Positions 48,130 to 56,655 of a stretch of 64,000 nucleotides of DNA are shown piece by piece. Under the pieces are notes generated by a model, which saw only the letters and a program-made list of their open reading frames with translations, searched no databases and was not told where the DNA came from. The position numbers were made by a program, and so were the translations under genes. Position 1 is the first letter of the stretch. The number at the start of each line of letters is the position of its first letter. The stretch is taken from NCBI GenBank assembly GCA_945898275.1, contig CAMDHZ010000011.1, forward strand, positions 31,874-95,873, read 5' to 3'. The stretch is from Chitinophaga pinensis (GTDB lineage Bacteria > Bacteroidota > Bacteroidia > UKL13-3).

Positions 48130-49426
48130 CAGTTAAACATTAACTTCTTAGCGGCAAATAAGGTCATCCTTAATAATATAACACCGTGCTTCCAGCGACT
48201 AATATTTGTATCCCCATAAAGTCGGTCGCGATATTTTATAGGAACCTCAACAATTTTTAGCCCAAGACGGTTGGCTCCAAAGATTAAATCAAAATCTCCA
48301 AATGGATCAAAATCTCCAAAGTAACTTCTATTGTCAACTATTTTTTGGTAGTTTTTTTAGTCAAAACTTTTGTTCCGCATAGTGTGTCTTTTAACCTTGT
48401 ACCTAAAAGGTATGAAATAGTAATTGCAAAAAACTTATTTCCTATCATGTTAAAGAAACGCATGGCCTTTTTCTCCATTGGATAAACCAATCTGCTGCCA
48501 TTAATAAATTCACCTTTTTCTTGATAAATTGCGTTATAAAATTTTGGCAATTCTTCAGGGGGGACAGTCAAATCAGCGTCTAAAATCATTAGAATTTCAT
48601 TTTCTGCTATAGAAAACCCTTTTCTAACTGCATCTCCTTTTCCTTTGCCATCTTGCTGAATAATCTTAATTCTGTTTTGCCATTTATTAAGGTACTCTGG
48701 TTTTTGACTAATTTCTTTGATTTTCTCCCAAGTGTTATCTGTAGAATTTCCTTCTACAAATATTAATTCATCATTTGGACCCATCAAAGGAGTTCTAATA
48801 AGCGCATTTTCAATATTACCAGCCTCGTTTCTTGCTGGTATTACTACAGAAACTGAAGGTTTATTTATCCATTGGTTTTTAATTGGTTTAAGAATGGCAA
48901 TTCTAACTAAACAAAAACTTCGAATTATAGGTAATACCGCAATGAATTTATTGATAAAATCTGATAATATTGGAATATTGAAGGGTAGTAATAATTTGGG
49001 TTGGTCTCTAACAATTTCGAAATTTGAGAGTAATGCAAAGGAATTAACATCATCTGGTGAAATCCAATTCATTTCAGGTCTTTTCTTCCTTATCCCAATC
49101 AAATCTGCAAACCGTATCATAGGTTTCCATAAAGAGCTGTAATAAACTAATATAACCCTAGTTTCTATCTCGCAAATCTGATGTATTAAATTAAGGTTTG
49201 ATTGAATATCTTCCCAATAATGAATGCTCCCATTTACAATTATGTACGCAGTGTCCTGCTTTTTATTTAATTTACCTGTTACAAGATCCTTAATTTCAAA
49301 AGATTCATAAAAATCCCAATTGCCATTTTTAAGATGATTATTGGATGGGTCAATTTCTATAACCGGGTTATTAGGTCTGATACTAACACTTAGATAGTCT
49401 TTTATTTTTTTATAAAGGTAGCTCAT
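48129..49426 (-). pseudogene. family-2 glycosyltransferase (polyprenyl-phosphate sugar synthase type) with N-terminal ~190-aa extension, frameshifted in an A6/A7 homopolymer region
   Basis: ORF 48338-49426 carries the GT2 core (VSVVIPARNEAGNIE...ILDADLT...). The conserved GT2 C-terminus (YQKIVDNRSYFGDFDPFGDFDLIFGANRLGLKIVEVPIKYRDRLYGDTNISRWKHGVILLRMTLFAAKKLMFN) continues in another frame from 48345 to the stop at 48129-48131. The frame changes at AAAAAAACTACCAAAAAATAG (about 48340-48360 on the minus strand). Confidence 0.65.
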
Positions 49427-49566
49427 AAATTTCTACAAATAAGTGAAAATTAATGCGCATTAGGAAAGTTAAAATTGCCTTTCTTTCTTTTTTTAATTAA
49501 AAATCAAAGTTCTGACTTATTTAATTCCAATTTAATGACCTGCCAAATTTCAAGTTTTTAATATAT

Positions 49567-50160
49567 TCACTTATTCCTAGGCATTTTTATTAAAACCATA
49601 GGCTCAACAAAGGCTTCCAAATTCAAAAGCTCCTTTTCAATTTTTGAGTTCCATTTAATTTGGTTTATGTAATTCAATGAATGATTCGTTTCTTCATCAT
49701 ATTGTAGTTGAACTTTTTCACATTCTTTTTTATAAGAATCAAAAATAGTAGCTACTTCTTTGTTTAGTTTGGTGGTGTTTATACTAAGATTTTCAATAAG
49801 TTTTTTACGCATTTTTCTGCAATAAATTTCAACTATATCAAAGTGTCTGCGTTCATGGTCTAATGCTGTATCAGAAGCTGTTTTTGTCCAAGCATCATTG
49901 CACAAGAAAACAGCTACTATTTTTACGCCTAAACTATCTCTTGAAATCTGTACCGAATTTAATTTAATAGCATAAGCTATTTCTGCCGCATGTTTTGAAT
50001 ATATCTTGGGCTTCCCTTGAAAATCTGACCATATAATGTCTCGCTCACCCCATGTGATTTCAGAATTAACAGATTTAAAACCGCCAAATAAAACGATAAG
50101 CAAGTAAGCTAAACTTGAAAACTGCCAAAACTTTGATTTTCTTAAGAAACTTGTAGTCAT
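49567..50160 (-). CDS. putative secreted Zn-dependent peptidase (DUF922-like)
   Basis: N-terminal TM/signal segment; HERRH (HExxH) motif in LDHERRHFDIVEIY. Confidence 0.45.
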   Translation of the reverse strand: MTTSFLRKSKFWQFSSLAYLLIVLFGGFKSVNSEITWGERDIIWSDFQGKPKIYSKHAAEIAYAIKLNSVQISRDSLGVKIVAVFLCNDAWTKTASDTALDHERRHFDIVEIYCRKMRKKLIENLSINTTKLNKEVATIFDSYKKECEKVQLQYDEETNHSLNYINQIKWNSKIEKELLNLEAFVEPMVLIKMPRNK

Positions 50161-50249
50161 TTTTAGTTTGAAGGTAATGGTGAAAGTAATTATTTAATCA
50201 TTAGCTAAACTGATTAAGCAGATTCCTAATTGTTAATCAAAGGTATAAA

Positions 50250-50290
50250 AATAAAAAAAGCCTGATTTTGTTATACAAAATCAAGCTTTT
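50250..50290 (-). terminator. intrinsic terminator downstream of tRNA-Ser
   Basis: Hairpin GCCTGATTTTGT-tat-ACAAAATCAAGC followed on the minus strand by a U-run (plus-strand A7). Confidence 0.55.
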
Positions 50291-50293
50291 CTT

Positions 50294-50381
50294 TGGCGGA
50301 GAGTTAGGGATTCGAACCCCAGGTCCTGTAACAGACAACAGTTTTCAAGACTGCCGCAATCGACCACTCTGCCAACTCTCC
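50294..50381 (-). tRNA. tRNA-Ser (anticodon TGA)
   Basis: Reverse complement GGAGAGTTGGCAGAGTGGTCGATTGCGGCAGTCTTGAAAACTGTTGTCTGTTACAGGACCTGGGGTTCGAATCCCTAACTCTCCGCCA. It has a 7-bp acceptor stem, anticodon loop CU-UGA-AA, long variable arm, TTCGAAT T-loop and encoded CCA. Confidence 0.9.
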
Positions 50382-50385
50382 GGTG

Positions 50386-50417
50386 CAAAAGTAAGCTTCT
50401 GAGTTTTTTCTGCCAAA
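50386..50417 (-). promoter_or_regulatory. candidate Bacteroidota-type promoter for tRNA-Ser (-33 TTTG / -7 TACTTTTG)
   Basis: Minus-strand TTTG at 50414-50417, 20-nt spacer, then TACTTTTG at 50386-50393, which matches TAnnTTTG. It ends 4 nt before the mature tRNA 5' end. Confidence 0.3.
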
Positions 50418-50425
50418 TAAAAATC

Positions 50426-50463
50426 AAAAAAAAACCCGATAAGCTAAGCCTATCGGGTTTTTC
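50426..50463. terminator. bidirectional intrinsic terminator (3' of the M43 protease gene)
   Basis: Hairpin CCCGATA-agctaagcc-TATCGGG flanked by A9 upstream and T5 downstream on the plus strand. Confidence 0.7.
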
Positions 50464-50478
50464 TATATTATCTTACTG

Positions 50479-52740
50479 TTACTCAACCACTATTTTATGT
50501 GATAATTTGTTACCACCAACATTTAATTCAACAAAATATAGCCCAGAACGAAGATTCATGGTGTTTCTATCTAGCTCTAATTTCTGAATTCCGGCATTTT
50601 GGGTACCACTAAATACAGTTCCCATTTCTTTACCTGTTACATCATATACCTTTACCAATACCTCTTCTTTGTTCGCTAATTCATAGCTTAATTGGGTAGC
50701 ATTGTTAAATGGATTAGGTTGTGCTGTAAACTTTAAATATTCTGCTAATAATTCTTGGCTCAAGCCTGTTGTTAAGCCAACACGAACATTATCTATGTAA
50801 AAGTTATTACCACCAGCATATTCAAATTCAACTTTGAAAAGAACATTATCTGTTTTCGGTATAGCATTTCCATTAATTCTAACCAATTTCCATTTCGATT
50901 TATCAGATGGTATAAAATCTATGGTGCTAGCCAAAGTTCCAGCTGTACCTGTGCCTATTGTCGAAATAGCGCTGCTTCCAACTGTTGACCTAGTTTGCCA
51001 TGTTTTACCACAATCTATAGAAGAATAAACTCTTAGTTGTTCTTGTGTGTTGCCACCACCAACATTTGCGCTCAAAGTGCCTTGGGCAAAGGCATAATAA
51101 AATTCAAAATAAGGATTTGTAATGCCTGTAAAATCAAAACTAGGCGAAATTAATGAAGAAACTGTTCCTACAGATGACAAAGCATTAAAAGGGTCTCTCA
51201 ACAATCGCATACTAGCATTGTTTTCATACGAAATTGGAAAACGTGCAAATTGATTTTTTGGGTTTTCATGAACAAATCTCCATCCTTTTTCTTTCCAATT
51301 ATTTTGATACCACCAATCGGCGGTGTAATTATCCTTAGGTAAATTGGCAGATTTTGGTTGAATAGTTACATAATCATTTAATAAGGTTGTTGTTGTTCCA
51401 TTCGGTCCAGTTACTTTCAAGGTTACATCATAAGTTCCTGGGGCGTCATACTGAATTTGAGGTGGGTTCAAACCAGTAAATGTTGCAGGTGTGCCACCTT
51501 CAAAAGTCCATTCATGAGTGCTAATAGTGCCTCCATAAGAAAAATTTAGGAAACTAATTTTTTGACCAGCACAGGTAACAGGAGTTTGAGTATTAAAAGC
51601 TGCTACTGGCGGACAAGTTGCAGGTCCGTCAATAACACCAGTAAAACGTAAATTTTCTTCTGACCAAAGTGTTTTGCGAATATCATCCAAAACCTTGTGC
51701 ATACGCCCCTTTTGTTCTAAAGTAAACATGTTACTTGCACAATTTCCAATAAAATAATCCATGTAAGCTTCTTGTAAATCTGGTCTATCTGGCTTTTCAG
51801 TTGAACAAGTATTGAAACTTTTATTGTTACAACGATTACGTAAAGGTTCAGTAGAGCTCGGATTGAAATAAGTAGGAGGGGTATCCATTACTCCATCGCC
51901 ATCTAATCCGCAACTGTCTGTTGAAATTTGAAAAGGATGATATAAACCTAACCAATGTCCAACTTCATGGGTTGATGTTGTAACATTAGGTGTTTGTCCT
52001 GGTTGAGAAGTTCCTGTGTTTCCAAACTCGTTATGAATTACCATGATACCATCTGTTGAAGCTCCACCTCCAAAACCAAATGGAAACTGGGCGTATCCTG
52101 CAATACCGATAGAATTACCTCTATTAATGCTTCTAACCACCCAAATATTAAAATAACGCTTGGTATCCCAAACACTAGTTTTCTTTAAATCATCATTACC
52201 TTTACTTGCTAAAGGAGTATGAATTCTAACTATGCCATTGGTGCAATTTCCTTGGGGATCTTTTTTTGCGAGTCTAAACTCAATTTCTGTATCAGCAGCT
52301 AAGTTTTTATAGTCATAATAAAAGCTATCAGTACTCTCAGGGCTTGCCTTGAACCAACCTGCTCTGCGATTTACCGTATCATTAACATTATTTCTAAATG
52401 ACCTATTTAAAAAATTAATTTCACTTAAAACTTGAGCCTCACTAATGTTTTCACTTCCATTATTATGGAAAACATGCACTACAACAGGAATAATGTACTT
52501 TGGAGCCGCTTTTTTACCAAGTTGTTGATTTGTTTTGTAATCCTCTGGTTTATAAGTTGCCTGAAACTGTCTGTAATCAGCCTCAAATTTAGCTTTGGCA
52601 TCTTTAATTGAAGGATTCTGTTTGATAAGCGTTTCTAAATGTTCGTCTGTACCGCAGCGGTGTTGCTGGGCCATCACTACGTGGCCACTTATTGCCAGCG
52701 CACCAATCAGTAATAGTTTTTTCATATTTAGCCTTTTCAT
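50479..52740 (-). CDS. secreted M43 (pappalysin/cytophagalysin-type) zinc metalloprotease with PKD domain and T9SS C-terminal sorting domain
   Basis: Signal peptide; HEVGHWLGLYHPF extended zinc motif characteristic of M43; C-terminal ...GLYFVELNVGGNKLSHKIVVE T9SS CTD. Confidence 0.85.
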   Translation of the reverse strand: MKRLNMKKLLLIGALAISGHVVMAQQHRCGTDEHLETLIKQNPSIKDAKAKFEADYRQFQATYKPEDYKTNQQLGKKAAPKYIIPVVVHVFHNNGSENISEAQVLSEINFLNRSFRNNVNDTVNRRAGWFKASPESTDSFYYDYKNLAADTEIEFRLAKKDPQGNCTNGIVRIHTPLASKGNDDLKKTSVWDTKRYFNIWVVRSINRGNSIGIAGYAQFPFGFGGGASTDGIMVIHNEFGNTGTSQPGQTPNVTTSTHEVGHWLGLYHPFQISTDSCGLDGDGVMDTPPTYFNPSSTEPLRNRCNNKSFNTCSTEKPDRPDLQEAYMDYFIGNCASNMFTLEQKGRMHKVLDDIRKTLWSEENLRFTGVIDGPATCPPVAAFNTQTPVTCAGQKISFLNFSYGGTISTHEWTFEGGTPATFTGLNPPQIQYDAPGTYDVTLKVTGPNGTTTTLLNDYVTIQPKSANLPKDNYTADWWYQNNWKEKGWRFVHENPKNQFARFPISYENNASMRLLRDPFNALSSVGTVSSLISPSFDFTGITNPYFEFYYAFAQGTLSANVGGGNTQEQLRVYSSIDCGKTWQTRSTVGSSAISTIGTGTAGTLASTIDFIPSDKSKWKLVRINGNAIPKTDNVLFKVEFEYAGGNNFYIDNVRVGLTTGLSQELLAEYLKFTAQPNPFNNATQLSYELANKEEVLVKVYDVTGKEMGTVFSGTQNAGIQKLELDRNTMNLRSGLYFVELNVGGNKLSHKIVVE

Positions 52741-52804
52741 TTGACGGGCAAATTAATAATTTATTTATATAAGTCAACCCCATAGGTTGGTTGGTTGCGT
52801 CAAA

Positions 52805-53296
52805 TTATGCTCTTTTTTGTTCCCAAACCTCCAAATTAGTCATTTTCCCATCTTCAAAAACCAATCGCACTGCGGTGTTTACTTTCTGGAAGCCATGATT
52901 TCCGCAAGCTCCAGGGTTTATCAACAACCAATTGTTTATTGGGTCTTTCATAATACGTAAAATATGAGAATGACCGCAAATCACTAAATCTGGTTTATAA
53001 TCTTTAATTATATTCCTAAAACTAGGTGAATAATACTTTGGATATCCGCCAATATGGATAATAAAAACTTTTACTCCCTCTATTTCAAAGTTTAAATATT
53101 CCGGATATTTTTTTCTAATAGGTTGCCCATCTATATTTCCATAAACTCCTCTAATAGGTTTCAGCTTTTCTAATTTTTCGTCAACTCCAGGTCCCCAATC
53201 TCCAGCATGCCAAATCTCGTCACAATCTGCAAAAAAACTTTCTAAAGCTGAATTGAAAAATCCATGTGTGTCGCTTAGAATTCCTATTCGTTTCAT
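52805..53296 (-). CDS. metallophosphoesterase (YfcE/MJ0936 family)
   Basis: MKRIGILSDTHG...GDWG...GNID...GHSH calcineurin-like motifs, 163 aa. Confidence 0.8.
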   Translation of the reverse strand: MKRIGILSDTHGFFNSALESFFADCDEIWHAGDWGPGVDEKLEKLKPIRGVYGNIDGQPIRKKYPEYLNFEIEGVKVFIIHIGGYPKYYSPSFRNIIKDYKPDLVICGHSHILRIMKDPINNWLLINPGACGNHGFQKVNTAVRLVFEDGKMTNLEVWEQKRA

Positions 53297-53320
53297 AATT
53301 TTTTATTCATCTTTGAACCT

Positions 53321-53926
53321 ATGATTAACTTAACAATAATAATCATTGCAGTTACTGCAATAATAAGTATTCAAGCTTTTAGTAATCACAAAATGATGAA
53401 TCGGTTTATTTTATATCCTTATCAAATGGAGCGAGAAAAGCAGTGGTTTAGGTTTTTATCAAGCGGTTTTTTGCATGCAGATTGGATGCATTTAATAATC
53501 AATATGTTTGTTTTATATAGCTTCGGCTCAATTGTAGAAACCTATTATGATTACTTTTTTGGTTCAGCCTCAAAAATTATTTTTCTACTTTTATATCTAA
53601 GTAGTATTGTAGCAGCCTCTGCAAGTAGTTTTTATAAAAATAAGGACAACCCCAGTTATCGATCTTTAGGAGCTTCAGGGGCTGTTTCTGCAATTACTAC
53701 AACTAGTATTCTATTCGCACCTATGGCTAAAATTTACCTTTATGGTATCATTGGTTTGCCAAACATTGTGGCTGGAGTTTTATATTTGATTTATTCTCAA
53801 TATGCTTCGCGTAATTCAAACGATAACATTAATCATGAAGCTCATTTTTATGGTGCTGTTTATGGAGTATTATTTACGCTTGTTGCAAAACCAAGAATCT
53901 TTTTATATTTCTTGAACCAATTTTAA
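53321..53926 (+). CDS. rhomboid-family intramembrane serine protease
   Basis: Six TM helices, catalytic GASGAVSA (GxSG) and conserved His in the AHFYGAVYGV helix. Confidence 0.8.
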   Translation: MINLTIIIIAVTAIISIQAFSNHKMMNRFILYPYQMEREKQWFRFLSSGFLHADWMHLIINMFVLYSFGSIVETYYDYFFGSASKIIFLLLYLSSIVAASASSFYKNKDNPSYRSLGASGAVSAITTTSILFAPMAKIYLYGIIGLPNIVAGVLYLIYSQYASRNSNDNINHEAHFYGAVYGVLFTLVAKPRIFLYFLNQF

Positions 53927-54504
53927 AACATAAATCCAACTCTTATCATTAATGGATTAGCATAAAAGCTATTTTCATCATGCAAGACATCATATAAGGC
54001 AAATATAAAAACCCCTGTTTTTCCTCCATATCCGCCACCTAATAGAAGTTGGTTGCTCCAAAAACGTTCGTAATTGTTTTTTGTTAAATTATAACGTTCA
54101 TAATTAATGGGTTGCCATTCTCCATGCGCAAAAATTGAGGGCAAAACTTGCTGTCTTGCAAAAATTATGGGTCCATAAATATTGGTAGAATATTTTTGAC
54201 CTAAATTGTTTTTAACTTGGTAATAAATATAAGTTGCTCCAACACCTGCCATGGTTTTTGGTAGAAAATAATAACCAACCATCGGTTGAAGCATTAAAAA
54301 ACTAACACCATTAGAAAGAGTACCACCTACATTTCCTCCAAACGTTAACTTATCTTTATCAAATCCCTTCTTATCTTTTTCATAAGTTTTTAGTTCTTCT
54401 CTCTTCTTAGCCTCCTCTTCATCTAACTGTTGCACTTTTCTTTGGGCTGAACCAAGAGAGCTAAAACCTATTAATAGACCTAATAAGATGACAACTTTTT
54501 TCAT
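53923..54504 (-). CDS. small outer-membrane beta-barrel protein candidate
   Basis: Signal peptide MKKVVILLGLLIGFSSLGSAQ, a K/E-rich linker, then alternating-hydrophobic strands with C-terminal Phe (..IRVGFMF). Start taken at M23 of the ORF-track ORF. Confidence 0.45.
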   Translation of the reverse strand: MKKVVILLGLLIGFSSLGSAQRKVQQLDEEEAKKREELKTYEKDKKGFDKDKLTFGGNVGGTLSNGVSFLMLQPMVGYYFLPKTMAGVGATYIYYQVKNNLGQKYSTNIYGPIIFARQQVLPSIFAHGEWQPINYERYNLTKNNYERFWSNQLLLGGGYGGKTGVFIFALYDVLHDENSFYANPLMIRVGFMF

Positions 54505-54585
54505 ATTGGGCAAAAATAAATGAATTAAATCAATAAAATTAAGCATATGTTTTATTAATTCGCACTGCATTCAACGCTCAAAAAC

Positions 54586-55656
54586 ATGAATAAAGTACAC
54601 AATTTCTCTGCTGGTCCGGCAATTTTACCCCAATCAGCTATTGATGCTAGTATCCAAGCGCTTCAAAACTTTGGAGGAACTGGTTTATCATTAATCGAAG
54701 TTTCTCACAGAGGCAAGGAGTTTGAAGCCGTAGTTGCAGAAGCCTGCAACCTTGTGAAGGAAATTCTTAATCTTGGAGCAGATTATGAAGTGATTTTTCT
54801 ACAAGGTGGTGCAAGTTTGCAGTTTGATATGATTCCAATGAACTTCCTTGCTCCAGGCAAAACCGCTGCTTACGTTAATACTGGAGTTTGGGCAAGCAGA
54901 GCCATAAAAGAGGCAAAAATGTTTGGCGATGTTAATGTTTTGGCTTCAAGTGAAGACAATAATTTCTCATACATACCAAAAGATTATAGTATTCCTGCTG
55001 ATGCAGCCTATTATCATTGCACAAGTAATAACACCATTTATGGAACTGAAATGTTTGCCTTTCCAGAAACCAATGTGCCTATGATTTGTGACATGAGTTC
55101 AGATATTTTTAGCAGACCTTTTGATGCTTCAAAATTCGATATGATTTATGCTGGTGCACAAAAAAATATGGGTCCTGCTGGTACAACGCTGGTAATTCTG
55201 AAAAAGTCGTTTTTAGAGAAGGCAAATGCTAAAGTACCAACCATGCTTAATTATAAAATTCATGTTGAAAACGGAAGTATGTATAACACGCCTAGCGTTT
55301 TTGCCATTTTTGTTTGCATGCATACTTTGCGTTGGATTAAAGAAATTGGTTTAGAAGCAATGGGAGTTAGAAACAAAGCAAAAGCAGATTTGCTTTATGC
55401 AGAAATTGATAGAAATTCTATGTTTAAAGGAACTGTTGCAACTGAAGATAGAAGTAGAATGAACGTTAATTTTGTTTTGACCGATAAATCTCATGAAGAG
55501 CCTTTTTTAAAGTTCTGTTCAGAAAGAAATTTGAGCGGACTTAAAGGACATCGTTCTGTAGGTGGATTAAGAGCTTCTTTATATAATGCCCTAGAAATTG
55601 AAAGTGTTCAGGCATTGGTTGATGCAATGCAAACCTATGAAAAATTACAAGCCTAA
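54586..55656 (+). CDS. serC: phosphoserine aminotransferase
   Basis: MNKVHNFSAGPAILPQS... is a canonical SerC N-terminus with PLP-fold pattern. Confidence 0.9.
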   Translation: MNKVHNFSAGPAILPQSAIDASIQALQNFGGTGLSLIEVSHRGKEFEAVVAEACNLVKEILNLGADYEVIFLQGGASLQFDMIPMNFLAPGKTAAYVNTGVWASRAIKEAKMFGDVNVLASSEDNNFSYIPKDYSIPADAAYYHCTSNNTIYGTEMFAFPETNVPMICDMSSDIFSRPFDASKFDMIYAGAQKNMGPAGTTLVILKKSFLEKANAKVPTMLNYKIHVENGSMYNTPSVFAIFVCMHTLRWIKEIGLEAMGVRNKAKADLLYAEIDRNSMFKGTVATEDRSRMNVNFVLTDKSHEEPFLKFCSERNLSGLKGHRSVGGLRASLYNALEIESVQALVDAMQTYEKLQA

Positions 55657-55675
55657 AATTTAAATTACAAATCGT

Positions 55676-56644
55676 ATGATAAGAATATTAGCAAATGATG
55701 GCATCGACCAAAGCGGAAAGTTTTTGTTGGAAACGGCAGGATATGAAGTTGTAACACAAAAAATTGCACAAGAAGACTTAATTAAAGAATTAAACAATTT
55801 TGATGCAATTTTAGTTAGATCAGCTACCAAAGTAAGAAAAGATTTAATGGATGCTTGTCCAAATCTAAAGTTAATTGGCAGAGGAGGAGTAGGTATGGAC
55901 AATATCGATATTGAATATGCTAAAAACAAAGGAATCAAAGTTGTAAATACGCCTGCTTCATCCTCTGTAAGTGTGGCTGAATTAGTATTTGCTCATTTAT
56001 TTAGTGGTATAAGATTTCTGCAAATTACCAATAGAATAATGCCAAATGAAGGCAATACAAAATTTGGAGACCTTAAAAAGGTATCAAGCAATGGAACCGA
56101 GTTGCAAGGTAAAACCATGGGTATTTATGGTTTTGGAAGAATTGGACAAGAGGTCGCAAAAATGGCAATTGGTTTAGGAATGAAGGTTCTTGCATTTGAT
56201 CCATATGTAGAGCATGTTGAAATTGCTTTAAACTTGCCAATGCTTGGTTCAAACCAAAGAATAAAAGTTCAGTTGAATACTGTAAGCGAACAGTCTGTAG
56301 TTGCACAAAGTGATTTTATTACTTTTCATATTCCTTTTAATGAAGGTTCAAAAGCTCCAATAGATAAAGATGTAATTGCAAGAATGAAAAAAGGAGTAGG
56401 CTTAATTAATTGTTCTAGAGGTGGAGTAATTTCAGAAGCTGACTTACTTGAAGCACTTAATTCTGGTCAGGTAGCCTTTGCTGGTTTAGATGTTTTTGAG
56501 AAAGAACCTCCAGTTAACATGGCAATCCTACAACACCCACATGTGAGTTTAAGTCCACATATTGGAGGTAGTACAAAGGAAGCTCAAAATAGAATCAGTA
56601 TTGAATTAGCTGAAAAGGTAATTGAGTTTTTTAAAAATAATTAA
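55676..56644 (+). CDS. serA: D-3-phosphoglycerate dehydrogenase (short form)
   Basis: D-isomer 2-hydroxyacid dehydrogenase NAD-binding GxGxxG (GIYGFGRIGQ) and catalytic-domain motifs. It lies adjacent to serC. Confidence 0.8.
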   Translation: MIRILANDGIDQSGKFLLETAGYEVVTQKIAQEDLIKELNNFDAILVRSATKVRKDLMDACPNLKLIGRGGVGMDNIDIEYAKNKGIKVVNTPASSSVSVAELVFAHLFSGIRFLQITNRIMPNEGNTKFGDLKKVSSNGTELQGKTMGIYGFGRIGQEVAKMAIGLGMKVLAFDPYVEHVEIALNLPMLGSNQRIKVQLNTVSEQSVVAQSDFITFHIPFNEGSKAPIDKDVIARMKKGVGLINCSRGGVISEADLLEALNSGQVAFAGLDVFEKEPPVNMAILQHPHVSLSPHIGGSTKEAQNRISIELAEKVIEFFKNN

Positions 56645-56655
56645 TTCAATTACAA

